A DNA stretch of 53,695 nucleotides, filler included, from Sphacelaria rigidula (GCA_964200075.2; 5 parts of 5 records of this genome joined end to end with filler, not necessarily neighbours in it); one strand, 5' to 3'. Positions 12,337-26,992 are shown, numbered from the whole stretch's first letter. Made by a program: numbers and translations. The notes: generated by a model not told the origin, from the letters alone.

Positions 12337-13635
12337 CCGTACTGTTTTTTCATCCGGTAGGTATTTTATTCCTTTGCTTCTTTAGTGCCCTGTACTGTGC
12401 TGCGCTGCATTCTTCGATACTAGGTAGCAACGTAGCACCAACAACAAAATGACCGTGAGATCATGAACGAATTTTCTTCTGAGAACGGGTCCGAAATCGA
12501 TTTGGGGCATATGGCCGCCGATCAATTTCAAGCAAGTATATTGAAGACGTGTTTGTTTTTTATTGAAAACGTGCGAACAGAGAAGAGAGAGATGATTTTG
12601 TTCCAATGGCGATCGGGAGTAGCGACGGTGCCAAGTCAAGAGAGAGAAACGGTGTCTTTGTCTCTATTTGTACCCTACTCCAGAGGCCTCTGTGTGCTGC
12701 CATCAGTCAGCATTGGGACGTGGAGCACAATGAGCAGGCTAGTAGACGATTTTCTGCGCAACCGGAACGGCGCCTGCAGGTACATGGATTTTCTCTCAAT
12801 AATCCGTACCCCGTCAAACATGCACAGTGATCTGCGGAGGTCGTGATCTTTATATGTGTGATACATTAAATCGTTTGGTGCCAAAATACTACAGTTGTTG
12901 TTGTGCTGTACGTACCGAGATTCCTAGCATCTCCCGATGCCAAGAGATATCCGCAGTGATGCTTCACTCAAAAAATCTCGGGAAGAAGGCGTGGCATGTC
13001 GTGGTCCTGATTGGAGTCATGCTTGGGCGACGGCTGGCGTCGTGAATAGGAATTCGGAACATTCTTGTCCCCAGTCATTGCCATGGGGTATACTACACCC
13101 TAAAACTGGCCAGATATTCGAAAAGAGCTTCGATCCGTCGATTCAGTTCTTTGCGGGCGAGCTTGCACAGTGCATTTGAATATTTCGTGTTCCCAGAATT
13201 TCAATTTCTCCATACTTACGGCTTATCGATGTCGATCGTATAAGACCTCACAGCCATCCGATATGATCTGACTACTATACCCAGCTACTCTGAGAGAACA
13301 GCTCTTCACTCGTGTTCTTCCGGTCACCGGGAAACAAAGCTGGTTCAGTTTTTACATCAACTATTTGAGCTCAAAAAGCTCCATGATTGCCGTCTTTTCA
13401 ATGATTGGTATCACTTGGGAAATCGAAACACATATAAAAATGGTGTATTATACTTGTTCAATTAAAGATCACGGCTCCTCAATGTCAGTAGAGTACAGCA
13501 CAGCACAGCACAACACAGCACAGCAAAAAACAGTACAACAAAAGTGCAGTACAGAGGGCATTGCAAATGTACAAGACAGAAGTATGCAGAATTCGTAATT
13601 TCCTACTTTCCCAAAGATTTCCCACATTTGTTTCG

Positions 13636-13790
13636 CTTGCACCGCTCATCACAGTGACTGTTGGATGCCAAAAAACGGGCATCAGGAGATAGTTTTATCC
13701 TCTTGACAGATATTGAAGGAAAAAATATCCGCGACCAATATGAAGTGACTTACGGGCTTGACCGATCTTCGGGGGTCCTGCAAAAGTGCA
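13636..13790 (+). repeat. Dispersed repeat shared with 38755-38885
   Basis: CACCGCTCATCACA and AGTGACTTACGGGCT..TCGGGGGT.CTG occur in the same order at both sites. Confidence 0.55.
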
Positions 13791-16700
13791 ACTCCAGGTT
13801 TTAGCTTTTCGGTATTTTCGGTGGACCGACTCGATCCCAATCATTTAAGTGAAGACTCGAAAGGGATTAATTTCTTTTTAATTCACCTATTCACTGCGCT
13901 GAAGCCACGACAAAAATGAGCGCGAATGAAGTAGTTTCAACGGCTGAAACTCTCTGAACATGACGAGTTATTATTCAAACAAAGAAAGTACTTCGACCTA
14001 GACCGTATATATCAAGTATTCGTCTTCAACCTGACCATTGAGACCCATACATCGAACGATCGGTCAAAATAACTGCATAGAAAAATAGCATCACTTGTTT
14101 CAACGTAAAGAAATCTGTTTGTCAACGATATCATAGAAGAAGATCCACATACCCCAGAGAGAAAAGCATGGTCCGCCATTTTTTCGCCCGAGATCAAGAC
14201 CATACAGGAAGCTACGGATAAAAATGGCCGGGTCTACAACAGGGGCTGAACTTAAGATTGACATTATAGCCACGGTTCAGAGACAAAATGATGTGAACAA
14301 CTTAGTCATGATTAAAATGAAACAAGATTTTGTGGACGGTAAACACAACTAAAAAATTTTTCAGACACGCAATAGGAAGCCAGTGACTCTTTCTACGGTA
14401 CCCACCCCCCCGCCCGCCTCCCAGAACCAGCATCGAACTGTCTCGAAGAGAATAGTCATACAAAACCTGATGTTTGATTTAAGGCTGCATGAAAAGCTTC
14501 GTAAGGGCGACATTGGCGAAAACACACCCAAGCGTGAAAATTCGCAGCTGCGAGTTGTGCTCGGCCTTTTTCATTTCGATTCACGTGTTGATTTTGCGTT
14601 TCCAAACCAGCAACGTTTGTTATAGGGGAGAGGACTATGATCTCGCGGAAAGTGTCTAGTTGTTGTAGTTGTTTGGTGCATACTTCGTTTCGGGACAATG
14701 TGTCCCTTGTTCGGCACCAAAACAGCTGATATTGTATACCACGCGTATTGGATACTAATCATCACCTCATCAAGAGCATTTCGACTCCACTTCTTTCGGA
14801 TTCGCTCAGCTCCGAGGTATGGAGACTGATCTCTGAGCACAATCCTACCATGAATAGAATTCAAGGGTGAGGAAGGTTTGGGAATGTCATTATGGATACA
14901 GCATTGTACATTCCCGAATGGACTCTCGTTCAGAGGCTATTCTCGAACTCTCGGAGCCGAGCAAATCGAAAGCGTTGGGTAGACCTCTCTCCGAGAAGTG
15001 GTGCACATTGCTCACGGCACGTATTATCGATGCTCTCTCCTGTTTCCGGAGTCAAAACCTGGCTCGAGTGTCCCCGAACTGTACAATCCTTCCGAAAACA
15101 TCAAACTATTATACGCAGCGGCTCACCCACTCACAAAACCGTACGATATGTGGATGCTCTTCACCCCCTTCAACCGTTTGACCACACGCGCTTCGCTCCC
15201 AACGCACCTACCTGCCACCCCTTGGTCTTGGATCGCGCGTTCTTTGGCGTGATTATGCTTCGCTCCAGACCAATCGAAGCGGAACAGATATTTGCTGACA
15301 TCACTCCCGAGGAGTTAAGTTCCCGGGCGAGGGCGCTCAACGAGCGCACCTAAGCAGCGATAGTAGAGATGTACGGAACGCACCTCCCGCCGTGGGAGAC
15401 CCGTGGAGTCGTGTTTCAGCGGTAGTTTCTTGAACTGAGCACGGGTGAAACACGGCGCTTGATCTCAGAGAAGCCGAGCCAAGTTGCTTGGTCCAAGCAA
15501 AGGTGAACCACGTCACTCGATATTTGAGTAGCCGAGCCAGGATGAGGAAGAGGGTGCTGATGACGAAGCAAAGGTGCCCCGAGAAGCGAAGGGACGACAG
15601 TTGGGGGCGTGCGAAAGCTACAACGAGACGCTTTGAGAGGCTCCGCGCTAAGGCCGCACAGGGTGCCCGCGGAGGCCGAAGGGACAGGGGGTCGAAACGT
15701 TTCATCGTTGTCGGTACGAACAATAGCCCGTGTGCGTCTCTTTTCGAGTCGACAGATAGACCACTTCGCATTGCGGTACACGCCCCTACCTGGTCACGCC
15801 CCACATCTTCCTATTCTTGGCAGCATAAGCGCAGCTTAAAAATATCTTTCATCTCTGATGATAAGAGTGTATTCAACAGTCATCCTGTGAGCCTTTGCAC
15901 ACTTTGTCAAGACAGCGGCCACACTCCGCTATACCAATAGGTTATGAGCCTCGTACAAGCAATGCATAGAGCAACATTGTCTGCGTGCAGCTCGTTATGC
16001 TGCGGATCGGCACATCGCATCCATGGGGTCAAACACTGCAGTTCTTCCCCCGGACATCCAAGTTGTCTGAGAGATCTTCGATCACGGACGTCGGGATCAA
16101 CCGCATCATCACCAAGCTCAAGCTAGGTCGGTTCAACAGCATCACCACAAGATCGCGTTCCTCACGTTCACGCTCTTCCAAGCCTCCAGCGAACTTCAGA
16201 TACTGAACTCTCGACTTTTTCGCGCGAGGTTGGTTTCGAGACCAGACCACCGGTGTCATTCGCAACACCTTTTGCTCGGCAGTGATTTTCAGCAACCCTC
16301 GCCGAAACCAAGGCGCTTCTTTCCGAGACGCTCGCAAGTGCTTTGCCGGCACGCTCGCAACTACCTAGGTATTCATTTCCGACAGCACCATAATTGCCTG
16401 TTAGAAGAAGCGACATCTTCCTTTCTCGGAGTCTTGCTTTCTACGGGATTGCACCCACACGAAACGAAACTCTTTTCTCCGCCTTTTTCGCGCGAATTTT
16501 CTTTTTCATTTTGTGAGGAGAGGTATCGGACCACCAGCTATCATCAATCCATCGAACATAACGCGCATGCTATCTAATACGTGCACACGTCTTCTGAAAA
16601 CGTCATCTCTACACGTTCATCGTATGCGTCCACTTCGCGGGTAAATGAGTCAATTGCGAGCACTGCTGCAGTGTTTGGAACACACTAGTCGACGAACTCG

Positions 16701-18273
16701 ATCGAGCGTTCTGTTTTCACCGGGCAACGTGTATAGCGGATCTTTGACGACGCCTTTCAACCAGTAGATTCAACCGGAGGTAGCCTACAATATACATACT
16801 TGATATATATATATATACGGCGTAGTTGATATGACTTGATTCGAGTGCGACAACGAGAAAAATATCTTCAGTCAGGCTTGACATTTCAGTGTGCCCCTAG
16901 CGTTCGCTGAAAGCGCTTTCGTACAAATGGGTGCCTGTGGCGCCCATCCGAGGTCTACGAACGCCACATCTCGCCAGGGCAACTATATGCATCTCCCTTG
17001 CCCGACGGATCCCGGTATGCCTTTCGTTGAGGTTAGGGTTGGCGATAGCTGTGAAAGTGTGTAGACCATGGAAAAAACACAGCCTTACTCCGGTCGACCC
17101 ACCTCATTGAAACAAATTTCAACTTGATTCCATCCAATGCAGCCCATATATTGGCGATGGATCGATGCCTCTTCGAAACCGCCAACACCCTGTATCAAAG
17201 TTTGACTAGGACCGTTAACTATTCTCCGCCGAGACGCGATATCGAATAACTTACGGTGTGAAAGACTCAGCCATCACCGTTGCATAATTGAATAGCACTT
17301 GCTAGCAGCCTCCGTTTGAGTCCGAACTTGTGCCAAGCCCTCAGTAGGAAGTGCGATACCGTTTGCGGGTGGAACGCTAAGCTTCGCGCTCGATTATCAA
17401 TTTACGGCAAGGGTATGCTAAATTAGCACAGATGGATACTTCGTATGCGAGTATGTCATGCGTGCTCTACAGAGCGCCTGTTGAGCTGCTTCGGTAGGCT
17501 CTGCTAGGGTTGAGAAAAAATATTGTCAGGTATGTGGAAGGTGTTGCGTGTAGACCGTGCGGTCGAAGCGGCTAGCTACTGAAAGAAACAATGATGAGTA
17601 TGGAGAATCCTACGTGTATCTCAATTCCTTTTGGAGAACTTGGGCTCTCTGGGCCTCGTAGGCTGTACTTCTTGCCGTGTACCGTCTTGTGTCATGCGTT
17701 CACGTCATCTATGTGCTATACGAATTCTGACTTACAATGCAGACAGGGTCCTTCTCCGTCTTCGAAAGCCCGCACAATTCCTTTATGGGACTGTGCAGTC
17801 ATTGTGATTGATACAGCCTGTTCATTACTGAAACGTGAGGTCAAAGTCGCTTTTACATCCCGCTTTTTGTAGGGAAGCTCGCCCAGCTGGCGTTCCTCTG
17901 TTCGCTTCACGGCATGGGTGAAGCCCTGTCAAACCGTCTTCAACGGCTTTCTCACGGTTTCTGCATCACGTGCATATCTTGCGTATTGAATAGGCTACGT
18001 AGCTCGGGAGATTCCTGTTTTTCATGTCAACACTATCCAGAGTGGGACGACTTAGTCACCGTTGGCACCAAACTCGGGTCGCGTGGGAGTTACGAGCGAA
18101 TGCTTCAAACACGTTATTTGCAAAACTCCAGCAAAGGTCTTGAATTGATAAAGGTCAGATGAACATGATCATGTTCTGCGGCTCGCCCTAGGGCTGAGAG
18201 GAGCGACGTATTACGAGTGTTGTAGAAGTTTCTCGCTGCACAATGGAGCTGGCTGGCCGCCGCAATGAAGCGG

Positions 18274-18880
18274 AGGGAGGAAGGGGGCGGGGAGGGGCGT
18301 GTTCATGTGCTGCTTGCCCTAGTCGTGTGGCCGTTGGCTACTCATCTCTTTCGAGACGGAGCACCGTTCCTGTTTCTGGTGGAGACACTCACAACATCTG
18401 GGTACTCATGAGGCTTCTTCCAAAACTTTCACGACAACGTTTGATTTGTCATGTTATCCCTATCCTGTTTCGTCGTCTGTAGCCACCATCGATCTTATAG
18501 TATAGCTATCATTTCCTTCCTACCGATAGATGCACCAAACGATCCCATGCCACCTTCGTTCACTTCCCCCATTCCCCCATCTGGCACGTCCCGTCCCTCC
18601 TTGTATAGTTCACATTCTGCCATATTACTGAGCCCTACTCTCTATTCCTTCACTGCAGGGGAAACTCGGTGCATTTACCTCCTCCCCTACTCGGCTACTG
18701 GTATATCTCCTTCTTTCCGGCACGTCCCGGCCCCTCACCCAAAATCGCAGTCTCAACTTCCCTGCGGAGCACTTTGGGCCGTACAAGTATGCTTTCATCC
18801 TTACCCACTCTCTCAACCCGCCGCACATCTTCAGGTGCTCTTCCTCGTCTACTTTGTTTGGAGCTTCAGACACGCTGGTC
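18274..18880 (-). mobile_element. LINE ORF2 C-terminus and 3' end, degenerate
   Basis: Peptide EEEHLKMCGGLREWVRMKAYLYGP...KLRLRFWV...PERRRYTSSR...FPC..GIESRAQ, typical of an abundant brown-algal LINE; ends GCTCCGTCTCGAAAG...ATGAACACGCCCCTCCCC. Confidence 0.75.
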
Positions 18881-19752
18881 CAAACGGCACTGACTGTTTG
18901 ACCGATACGTGAAGGATAACTCGCTCAGCACCTACTGCCGAGCCAGTAGTCACTCAGAACAAAGTAGTTTGGCTTTATCTTTCCCAATGACACCCAGCGT
19001 AGCAGCACAAATGGAGAAAAAGCACCCACGGACCCAGGGTGGAAAAGTAAAACGACGGGCGCAGCTATCGATCTGTTTGTTCCCTAATCAAGGAGATCAT
19101 CCCTCCAACGTGCAGCCGTCCTGCACCTTGTCTTGTACCTTCAAAGGACAGCACTCCAGAAACGGATATATGGCTCTCCATTCTCTGTACCCTTTTCCTG
19201 CACTCTCGGAACAATATCACCCCCCCAAAACTGATGACTGAGACTACACATGATAAACACCCTCCCTAATTTCGCACATCGGGTACTCAAAACTATCATC
19301 CCAATCCAAACTCACTAAAGCAATGACCGAAACAACGTTCGGAGTCGACTATGACACGCATCTGACGAGAACGTACTACACCCCCGAATGGGACACACTA
19401 AGGTAATCCTTGCGGTGGCACCTCACTCGAGGAATCATAACTTAACGTAGTCACTAGATCCAGGACACTCACGACAGCCAAAAGCGCTTGGTGTCGTGCT
19501 TCATTGTGCTGAGTTCGCCTTCTTGTTGTCTGCATTTCTAGTACCCGTAGTCACATTTCTTGTCGCTGTCGCATCTCTGTCCGTGTCCCCTGAGCATCTA
19601 GTGTTCTTTTTTTTGTCTTCGAGGTTTCTCGACGATAAGAGGACTGTAGATTTATTCCAGCCTCCCGCATGTTTGGAATTTTGATGACTCGTGCTCTGGA
19701 TGTGTTTGTTGTTGTCACTGCTCAACCTCCTGCCGCCAGCCAAGAGAGCTCG

Positions 19753-20070
19753 CCGCACGGGAGTTTTTCCTTACATCGTCTTGTTGCACGGGTCCGTGGT
19801 TACGCCGTGTACTGCTACTGATAACGCCCTTGTTGTAGGCCGTATTTATGCCCGACGACTGTTTCAGGTTGAAGTGAGTTACTGCATTTCGACATCATCT
19901 GGATGTGTTTGTTTGTTTGTTCTACCCCTATCCCGCAGCGCAGCCTGGTCAGCTGGCGACACGGGCGTGTTCTCTTGTGTCGTTCCGTTGCTCGTGGTCC
20001 AGAGTTCCCCAGGGAATGACGAATCATACCGCCCTTGTTGTAGGCCGTATCTCCGCCGGACGATTGCTTT
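19753..20070. repeat. Diverged direct repeat, period ~205 bp
   Basis: CCCTTGTTGTAGGCCGTAT at 19827 and 20032 with similar upstream CACGGG.GT.TT motifs. Confidence 0.6.
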
Positions 20071-21419
20071 GAGTTGTGTATTGCACCCTGACGAATTGTC
20101 TCTTTTTAATTGAATTCAAGTTTTTGCTCATAACACGCGACAGTTGATCCGCCGCGCTGAACGAAAAGTTCTCGCTAACGACCCTTGGCTTTTTACCCTG
20201 GATGTCGTCTTGGATGGGCTCGTGCCCACTCCCGCAGGACTTTGAATTTCGCACTTCGGGCACACCAAATCTGAACTTCGGCTGCATCCCCGCTTTTATC
20301 CCCCTCTTGCTGCGTAGTCCTTCCCCATCGCATTGTATTTCACGTTGCACGCCTTTTTCAAGGCAGGTTTGATACTTCAAACGCCCTGCCACAGACGAGC
20401 GGTGTGCCACTCTCGCGATATGCGATGGATGTTTCGGGACGGAGTCGGACAAAGACGTGGAGGTCACTTGGATCTGCGTCCGACCAGAGCAGTTGTCGCG
20501 ATGCTATGCCGCATTGCGTTTTCCCTCCCCTCTTCCCGGATTTTCCGGCGTTCCCTTCTTGTTCCGATGGTAAATGAAGTCTACGCGTGCGTACCATTTA
20601 GTGCTTTACATTGTAGATGGACTTGCGTGTGTGTTGTCTTGTTCAACATAGGTCGTGAGTGTCACGTGGATACAACGTTTTCCTTTTGGTGGATTGAACG
20701 TTTGATGTGTCGGGTCGCAGCAATGCTCGCCTTTAAGAGGTGTGGGAGAGTCATGATTTTTCCTTAGCTTCATGCTTTTGTACGGGTGAGGTGTAGAAGA
20801 GCCCTTTCTCGTTGAATTTTCGAGTTCCTCGGCGCAATTATATTTTGCCGAGGTGATGATGATTCAACTGCATAAGGACTTGTCTGGGATGGGCTAGTGT
20901 GATGAAGCTTGATTGCAGTAAGATATCACGTTGTACGGGTCTGCTCGTAGACCCGGGATTCCGTGACGCGCTGTTACTGCGTTTGCTACTGTCATTAGTT
21001 AGGATTGTCCGGCCGCGGCCAGGATCCACCTCGATCAGTCACTGGCCTTGCCGTGGTCAACTCTGGGCCATCACTACGCTCTGCTCTTATGGCTGCGCCG
21101 CGGCTGTACTGAGTAAGAGAGCTGCTTGTAGATATAACATGACGCTATGCAACACGTGAGTTCCTAACCGACAGTCTACACATGAATGAACCTACTCTGT
21201 GATTGTTCGTGATGAATAGCTAGGTCTGTGTGATGTTGCTCACGTGGGAGCTTGGTGGGTTGGCACCATGGTATCCCCTGGCAGTCATACTGAGAGACCA
21301 CGGCCAGTGCATTAGCTACAAACACTATATTCGTGAGATTCAGAGTGCAGTGTCAGATTCAGAGTCAGGATTTCAAACGGAAGAACTGTTTTCATTGCGG
21401 TCGATTCTTATGCGAAACC

Positions 21420-21519
21420 NNNNNNNNNNNNNNNNNNNNNNNNNNNNNNNNNNNNNNNNNNNNTTAATTAATTAANNNNNNNNNNNNNNNNNNNNNNNNN
21501 NNNNNNNNNNNNNNNNNNN
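21420..21519. other. Artificial contig linker
   Basis: 100 bp: Ns with TTAATTAATTAA. Confidence 0.98.
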
Positions 21520-21583
21520 GAAAGGGATGCGTGGTCAATGGTCAAATGACCAAGGCAAGCAACAAATGAGTACGCCCCCCCCC
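21520..21583 (+). mobile_element. LINE 3' terminus with C tail, antisense in a kinase-gene intron
   Basis: GAAAGGGATGCGTGGTCAATGGTCAAATGACCAAGGCAAGCAACAAATGAGTACG then a C run; reads KGCVVNGQMTKASNK*. Confidence 0.75.
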
Positions 21584-21605
21584 GCGCGCGCACTCTCTTC
21601 ATCAC

Positions 21606-24600
21606 CTTTCCAAACGACCCCATGCCGATTTGTTCCCCGCGTCTCCAAGTTATCAAGTGTCGATGTCTCGACAGGAATCTGTGGTCACCCTTCTTAGCGG
21701 TCCGCGGGTTCCCCTCTATGAATACTCGCCCCCCCGAATGAGAAGGTTTATCTCTCCGCGACCGTCCTTCGCGCTGCTGTTGTTCTGTTGAAGGCTGCGG
21801 TGTCGCATACTGTAGATGATCGTCGGGCTCGCCATAGTCTTTCGGAGTAACCGCAGCTAGCGATTGCACATGCGCCATCTGTACGCAGTGCACGTTGTAT
21901 TTCCCTTGCATTAGTATCTATCTCGTTCGAATTTCGTTCGGCTTGTTTCTAACGTTTCCGCACATCATGCAAGTAGTGCAAAGAATATTTCCGACGGATA
22001 GTATTCGACACCCTCACATTTATCAATTTCGCTAGAACGCTCTGCAGAAGTACCAGCCGCGGCTGCTATTGCACACGCGGCATGATCACGCCCGGTGTCT
22101 GTTGAGCATAGTGATGACTGCAACGACGTAGATAGCACTAACCTGTAAACGGTGCTCAGCTCACCTAATCTAACCTAGCTGACACGTTCTTGTGTCCAGA
22201 TACCCATGCCCTGTGACTTACGTACCTGGATGTGCCATATACAAACGTCCACACTGCAATATTCTGCGTGGTGCGGCATAAAACAGTGAAACACGCCATT
22301 GTAGGCCTAGCTCAGGGCTTCATATGTTGGGGTCAGTAATTTCCATACCTCCCTCGACACTGAGCAAGAGCCAGTTGCAATCGCACCCGCGGTTTTCACG
22401 CCATCCGACTGCCCACAACTCGGACATGACATAGTCATGCTGTAGCACTCGGCCTTGTGATTACTGCTGGGAGGAGGTAAGGCGACAGCAGTGAGAAATA
22501 TGTAAGGGAGAGGGTGTGTGTAGCTCGGCACGCGAGTGCATCAGAGAAGCCGCAGTATGTGCTGAAGCTATACCCAAGATCAAGCGGGGAATAACGCTGT
22601 TCTCCAGAAACACGAGCAGTAAAAGTACGCTACCGTACGGTAGTACCGCTGTACGAAAGCCGGGGTTGAAACACAGAACATACGATTACCTTCCGTGGTC
22701 GAGACCTACACGCCACGAATTGGACAATATGTACAACTTCACAGGCATCACTCGTGGGCAATCTGTTCATTATGAGTGCATCGCCCTTCAAGTAAACATA
22801 TGCTTTCGGACCGTGTTGTACAAGACTTGCGCACCCTTCTTCAGTCGCCCACAGATCGGACGGAGTAAGCTGACCCATGCCTCCCGCGGTGCCAAGGTGC
22901 ACTAACTTCGACCCTTCCGCGTCCAGTTCTCGTGTGCTATATTGCCAGGTACGGCCTTGGATGCTTTTCTTGGCCCTGCTTACGTCGATGTCGGCGACAG
23001 TTTCCTCCACCGCCCTCGACCTCCCACCTTCCGACATTAACTTCTCCCCCTTTCTCCGACACGTGCGGCACCTGCTCGGCGCGCCGGCCTCTGATGACCT
23101 GGCCAAGCCTCGTGCTGTCCCGTGATGCACGCGGGGCTGATTGGTAGCCTGAGGTACCGGGGGAGAGAGGACGCGCGGCGATATTTGAGGAGCGTGAGGG
23201 CAGACGAGTTGTGCCTGCTGTGTTGCCGCAATGTGGTGATGGTGATGCGCGTCATGATCTCCTTGACCGACAGAGACGCCATTGTGCCCATCACTTCGCT
23301 GAGTTTCAACTTCATCTCCCTCGTTGGTGTTGGGGGTGTCGTCGGTAGTGTGGCGACCGACCGCGGCGGTGGTTTGCAATGCGTCGCTGTAGTTGATATC
23401 TTTGTCGGAGCTACTTGCGCTACGGCGGTCGTCACTGAGATACGCATTGTCATCGCTGTACAGGTTGTAGCCTACTCTGTTCAAGGATCGGCCAGACCAT
23501 CTCTCGACACCAGCGTCCTTCACGTCTTGGAGTTCATCCTCCATCGACGCTGATGCCACAAAAGAGGAGGCTGCATTTGTAGACACGGCTTCCGAAGTTC
23601 GATCGAATGCAATCGACGCACGTCTAACTCCGGTTCGTTCACCGTCACTACTTTCAAGAAGAGCCACACCCATAATCAAATCACGCCCGTCCGGAGAAGG
23701 CAACCTTGCCGCCCGTCCCTCGCGCGCAATCGTGGGACTTGCCGCACGTTTTAGCCAAACAGCATCTGAGGGGTTGGGTAGAGCCTGTGGTGACAGCCCG
23801 GATGATTTTCCGGTACACTCGTTCTCGGATGAAAAGGCTGGAATATTCTCTACTGTTTCCCAGAGCCCAAAGTCATGGAGAGCAGCACCTGCTCCTGGAT
23901 GCGTGCTTACGCCTCTCTCGGATTTTTCTGGTGTAGGGCCTGGAAACAGTTTCCTCAGTATGGCGACGCTACTTCTCCGGTACAGCGCGCCTCGAGACAT
24001 TTCTGCTGAGCGAGTTTCTTCCCCGACCAACACACGCTGAGGCTGGTATATTCCGGCTTTCCTCCGTGCCATGCTCACTGTCCCGCTGTTGTTCGTACCG
24101 GACCCGCTGTGATTTGAGTGAACGTCGGTGCTATGTTGACTAGTTTCCACTGAGAAAGCGAATTGTGTCGTCTCCAAGGTGGAAGCCGACGGAGCTTGGT
24201 CCGTCGAGCTCGACAGTGAGCTTACGTTCGGAGACGTGAAAGAAGTCACGCGTCGATCGCTTGCGCCGTTGTTGCTTCCGACAACAAACGATGGACATCG
24301 CAGCGCGCTTCGGTCTTCATTGCTGCTGCGCCCGTGCACCAACCCATTGCCTCCACCGCTAGCTAGCATTGGCAGGAACGATATACCATCGTCTCCTCGG
24401 AAACCGTATGCTCGCCCACTCAGCCGGGGAGTCGTCGCGTCGGATGAACGCCCTTGCTCTTCGTCTGCGCCCCACATAGCCTGCGGCGTCGTGCACCCTG
24501 TGTCAAGGCTACGGCTCCTCGGGATACCTTCAGGATGGCCACCGTCGGTCTGAGTGACGGCACTCTCTTGCATGCTGCAAGTGCGACGACGCTCGTCAGC

Positions 24601-25323
24601 AGCCGCGGCCGATATATCACTTGTGGTCATTGAGGCGTCGCCCCGCCAAGCCGTGGGAGAAGCAGTCACAAAACTATCATCCCCAATGGACAGCCGGAGT
24701 GAATCCTCTGCCATCCCGTCCAATTCGGCGGTCACACAGCCACCAAACATGGGACCAGTGATGTTGTTTCTACGCTGAACCTCTCGACTGTTATGCTCAT
24801 CGTTAGACGTTCGGAGTGCCGCGGACATCCATCGTGGACGAGGGTCCTCGCGACCGCACCCATCCCACTGTGCTGTCACCACAGGAGACACCTTTGCTAC
24901 CCGCCTCGGTTCAGCTGACGGCGCGATTCGAGCTTGATTAACAGACGAGCGTAAACCGTCGCCACCATCGACATCATAAGTCTTTGTCTTCGCCTCACGC
25001 CGTGCCGATGAGGCTGCTGCTACAGCGACTCTCGACTGACTACGGGCTCTCGTATTTTGCAAGAATGTCACTGACTCTCTCGTGGGCTCTGACTGAGATA
25101 GAAACGGCCGAGTACTCCTTCCGTTTGTGTCATTCCGGGAGAGCATTTCGATGCCAAGTCGGTCGCCGACGCCGGCAGTATATTGCCCTCTTGGCCGCAA
25201 GAGATGCGTTACGGTCGAGGTAGACGTGGAGGAGTTTGACACCGATGTCAGGGGATAGTACTCGTGTTTCAGGTCGGTGGTGGCGGCATGCTGCAGCGCG
25301 ATTCGCTCGGTGGTGGCCTCAGA
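21606..25323 (-). CDS. MAP3K (STE11/MEKK-type) protein kinase, N-terminal exons up to kinase subdomain I
   Basis: Exons 25323-~22907 (inside the 923-aa ORF; Ser-rich, low complexity; donor uncertain), 22466-22349 and 21878-21606 are phase-compatible. The last ends WRRGEQIGMGSFGK|GT (GxGxxG loop in a MEKK-like context). The rest lies beyond the contig end. Confidence 0.75.
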
Positions 25324-26992
25324 CTGCGTAAATGAAAACATGTAAACGAGGAAGCGAAGGAGGCGTGCGGCGTCAGCGGAGATCCATAGACCCGTCACCA
25401 ATATGGCATACGGTCATCGTGTGATTTTGTACAAGGTTAGAATTTAGGAAAGGGGTTCGAGTTTTCGCCTCTTGCTGTACTAATGCAAACACGCCTCTGA
25501 GTTTGGACAGCATTTAGGCCGTTGGCATGGCATGCCCTTGCAAATTCAAACATGTACCACACTGAACCTATAGAATGTCGGTGACCCGCGGCCCATGCTG
25601 TTGTTGCAGGCGGGTTCACGATTCTCGTTTAAGCGAGATTCTGCCTCGCTGCAGTATACACCGCAATTGTGGCGAAACACAAGGCCAAGGAAGTTCTACC
25701 ATTCACTGAATCTCGAGTTGGCTGGTACACATTCTGGAACGCAGCTCCGCCTTGCCCGATCTTTTCGGGCATTAATACTCTGCTTGATGGCAAACGGGCG
25801 TCCTCGGCACCCAGTGCTCACCCCACAGAGCGTTGGAGCCGGCTTTCCTACTACGTATAGACACTATCGAGCGGATGACCACACCTTAGAGCATGATCTC
25901 GATCGCAGCCCTCGAGCTATCGAATGAACTACCGGTATCGATACGCCTTAATTGGAAAGTTGGGGAGTGTTCTTCAACGATATGCGGAGTGAGTTGGGGG
26001 GATGTTATTCAAGGATATGTGCTGCCACCAGGCAACATGTTCAACGCGCGGATATAGGCAACATGAAGATGTACCGGGACAAAGTCTGCTTAATTAAACT
26101 AGCGGGCGAAGCCCGCATCACGAGCCAAACCTCCCTCACACAGATTAGGGTAACCTAAAATGAATTGAAAGAAGCGCGACTATGGCCGAGTGTTCAAACT
26201 CGACACTGGCCCAAAATTGAAGACCTCTCCACAATCAGACGAAGGACTAAAACATAGGACATGTCCTGTTTCACTACTGTACAGCAGCAAAAACACTCGA
26301 GCCCTCTCTCATGTATTGGAGCTTCCACTGCCTGTACTGTTGTGGTGTGTCCACGCATTGCGAAGATGGTTTGGATTGCATGAGCTGCGATATTGTCGTT
26401 GTGGTCGTCTCTGCAGAAAACAATGTTAGTCGACACGCAATGCTGGCTGCATACTGTTGAAAGCTTCATGGGTGTGTTGGCTGTTTCGTCTTCGGCAAGA
26501 CGAACAACGCGCTGTCCGTTGCTGCGACACTCCTGCTGGTGCCGTACGTTTGGCGCCTGTACGCTACCGTCCTACTGGATTGTGTTGAGTGTACAATTCA
26601 GTACTGTACTATCCATGATACTGTATTGGGTTGGAACGCGCTACGAGTTAGACCGCACGAACACTAGCTTTGAGAGTACTCCCCTGGCAATTCCCAAGCG
26701 AAAAGGAGCAATCTCATTCGTGATCACCGAGCAAGTCTGTCCCGCTCCAAATGAAGTCTGCCGGGCATATTTCCAGTTTTTGCTGAGGATTGAAATCGCT
26801 CTAACCTCTGTTTTTGTTTTTTTGACACCCCGAGAAATGTTGCACGTGTTAGAGTCATCCTACGAAACGGAGGGGGTGTTTGAATGCACGGAAAAAGAGG
26901 CCCATGGGTGTGTCAGACGACCTGCCACACTCGCGGTGCGCTTGTATTTGGTTTCAAACGGTGTCAAGCAGTATGAATGAGCGTTCTATATC

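Noticed and set aside
12430..12780. Possible plus-strand exons
   Set aside because: Splice-like signals are present but there is no recognisable product or extendable model.
22630..25401. 923-aa ORF as a standalone gene
   Set aside because: Non-ATG start and internal splice signals show it is an exon with intronic overhangs.
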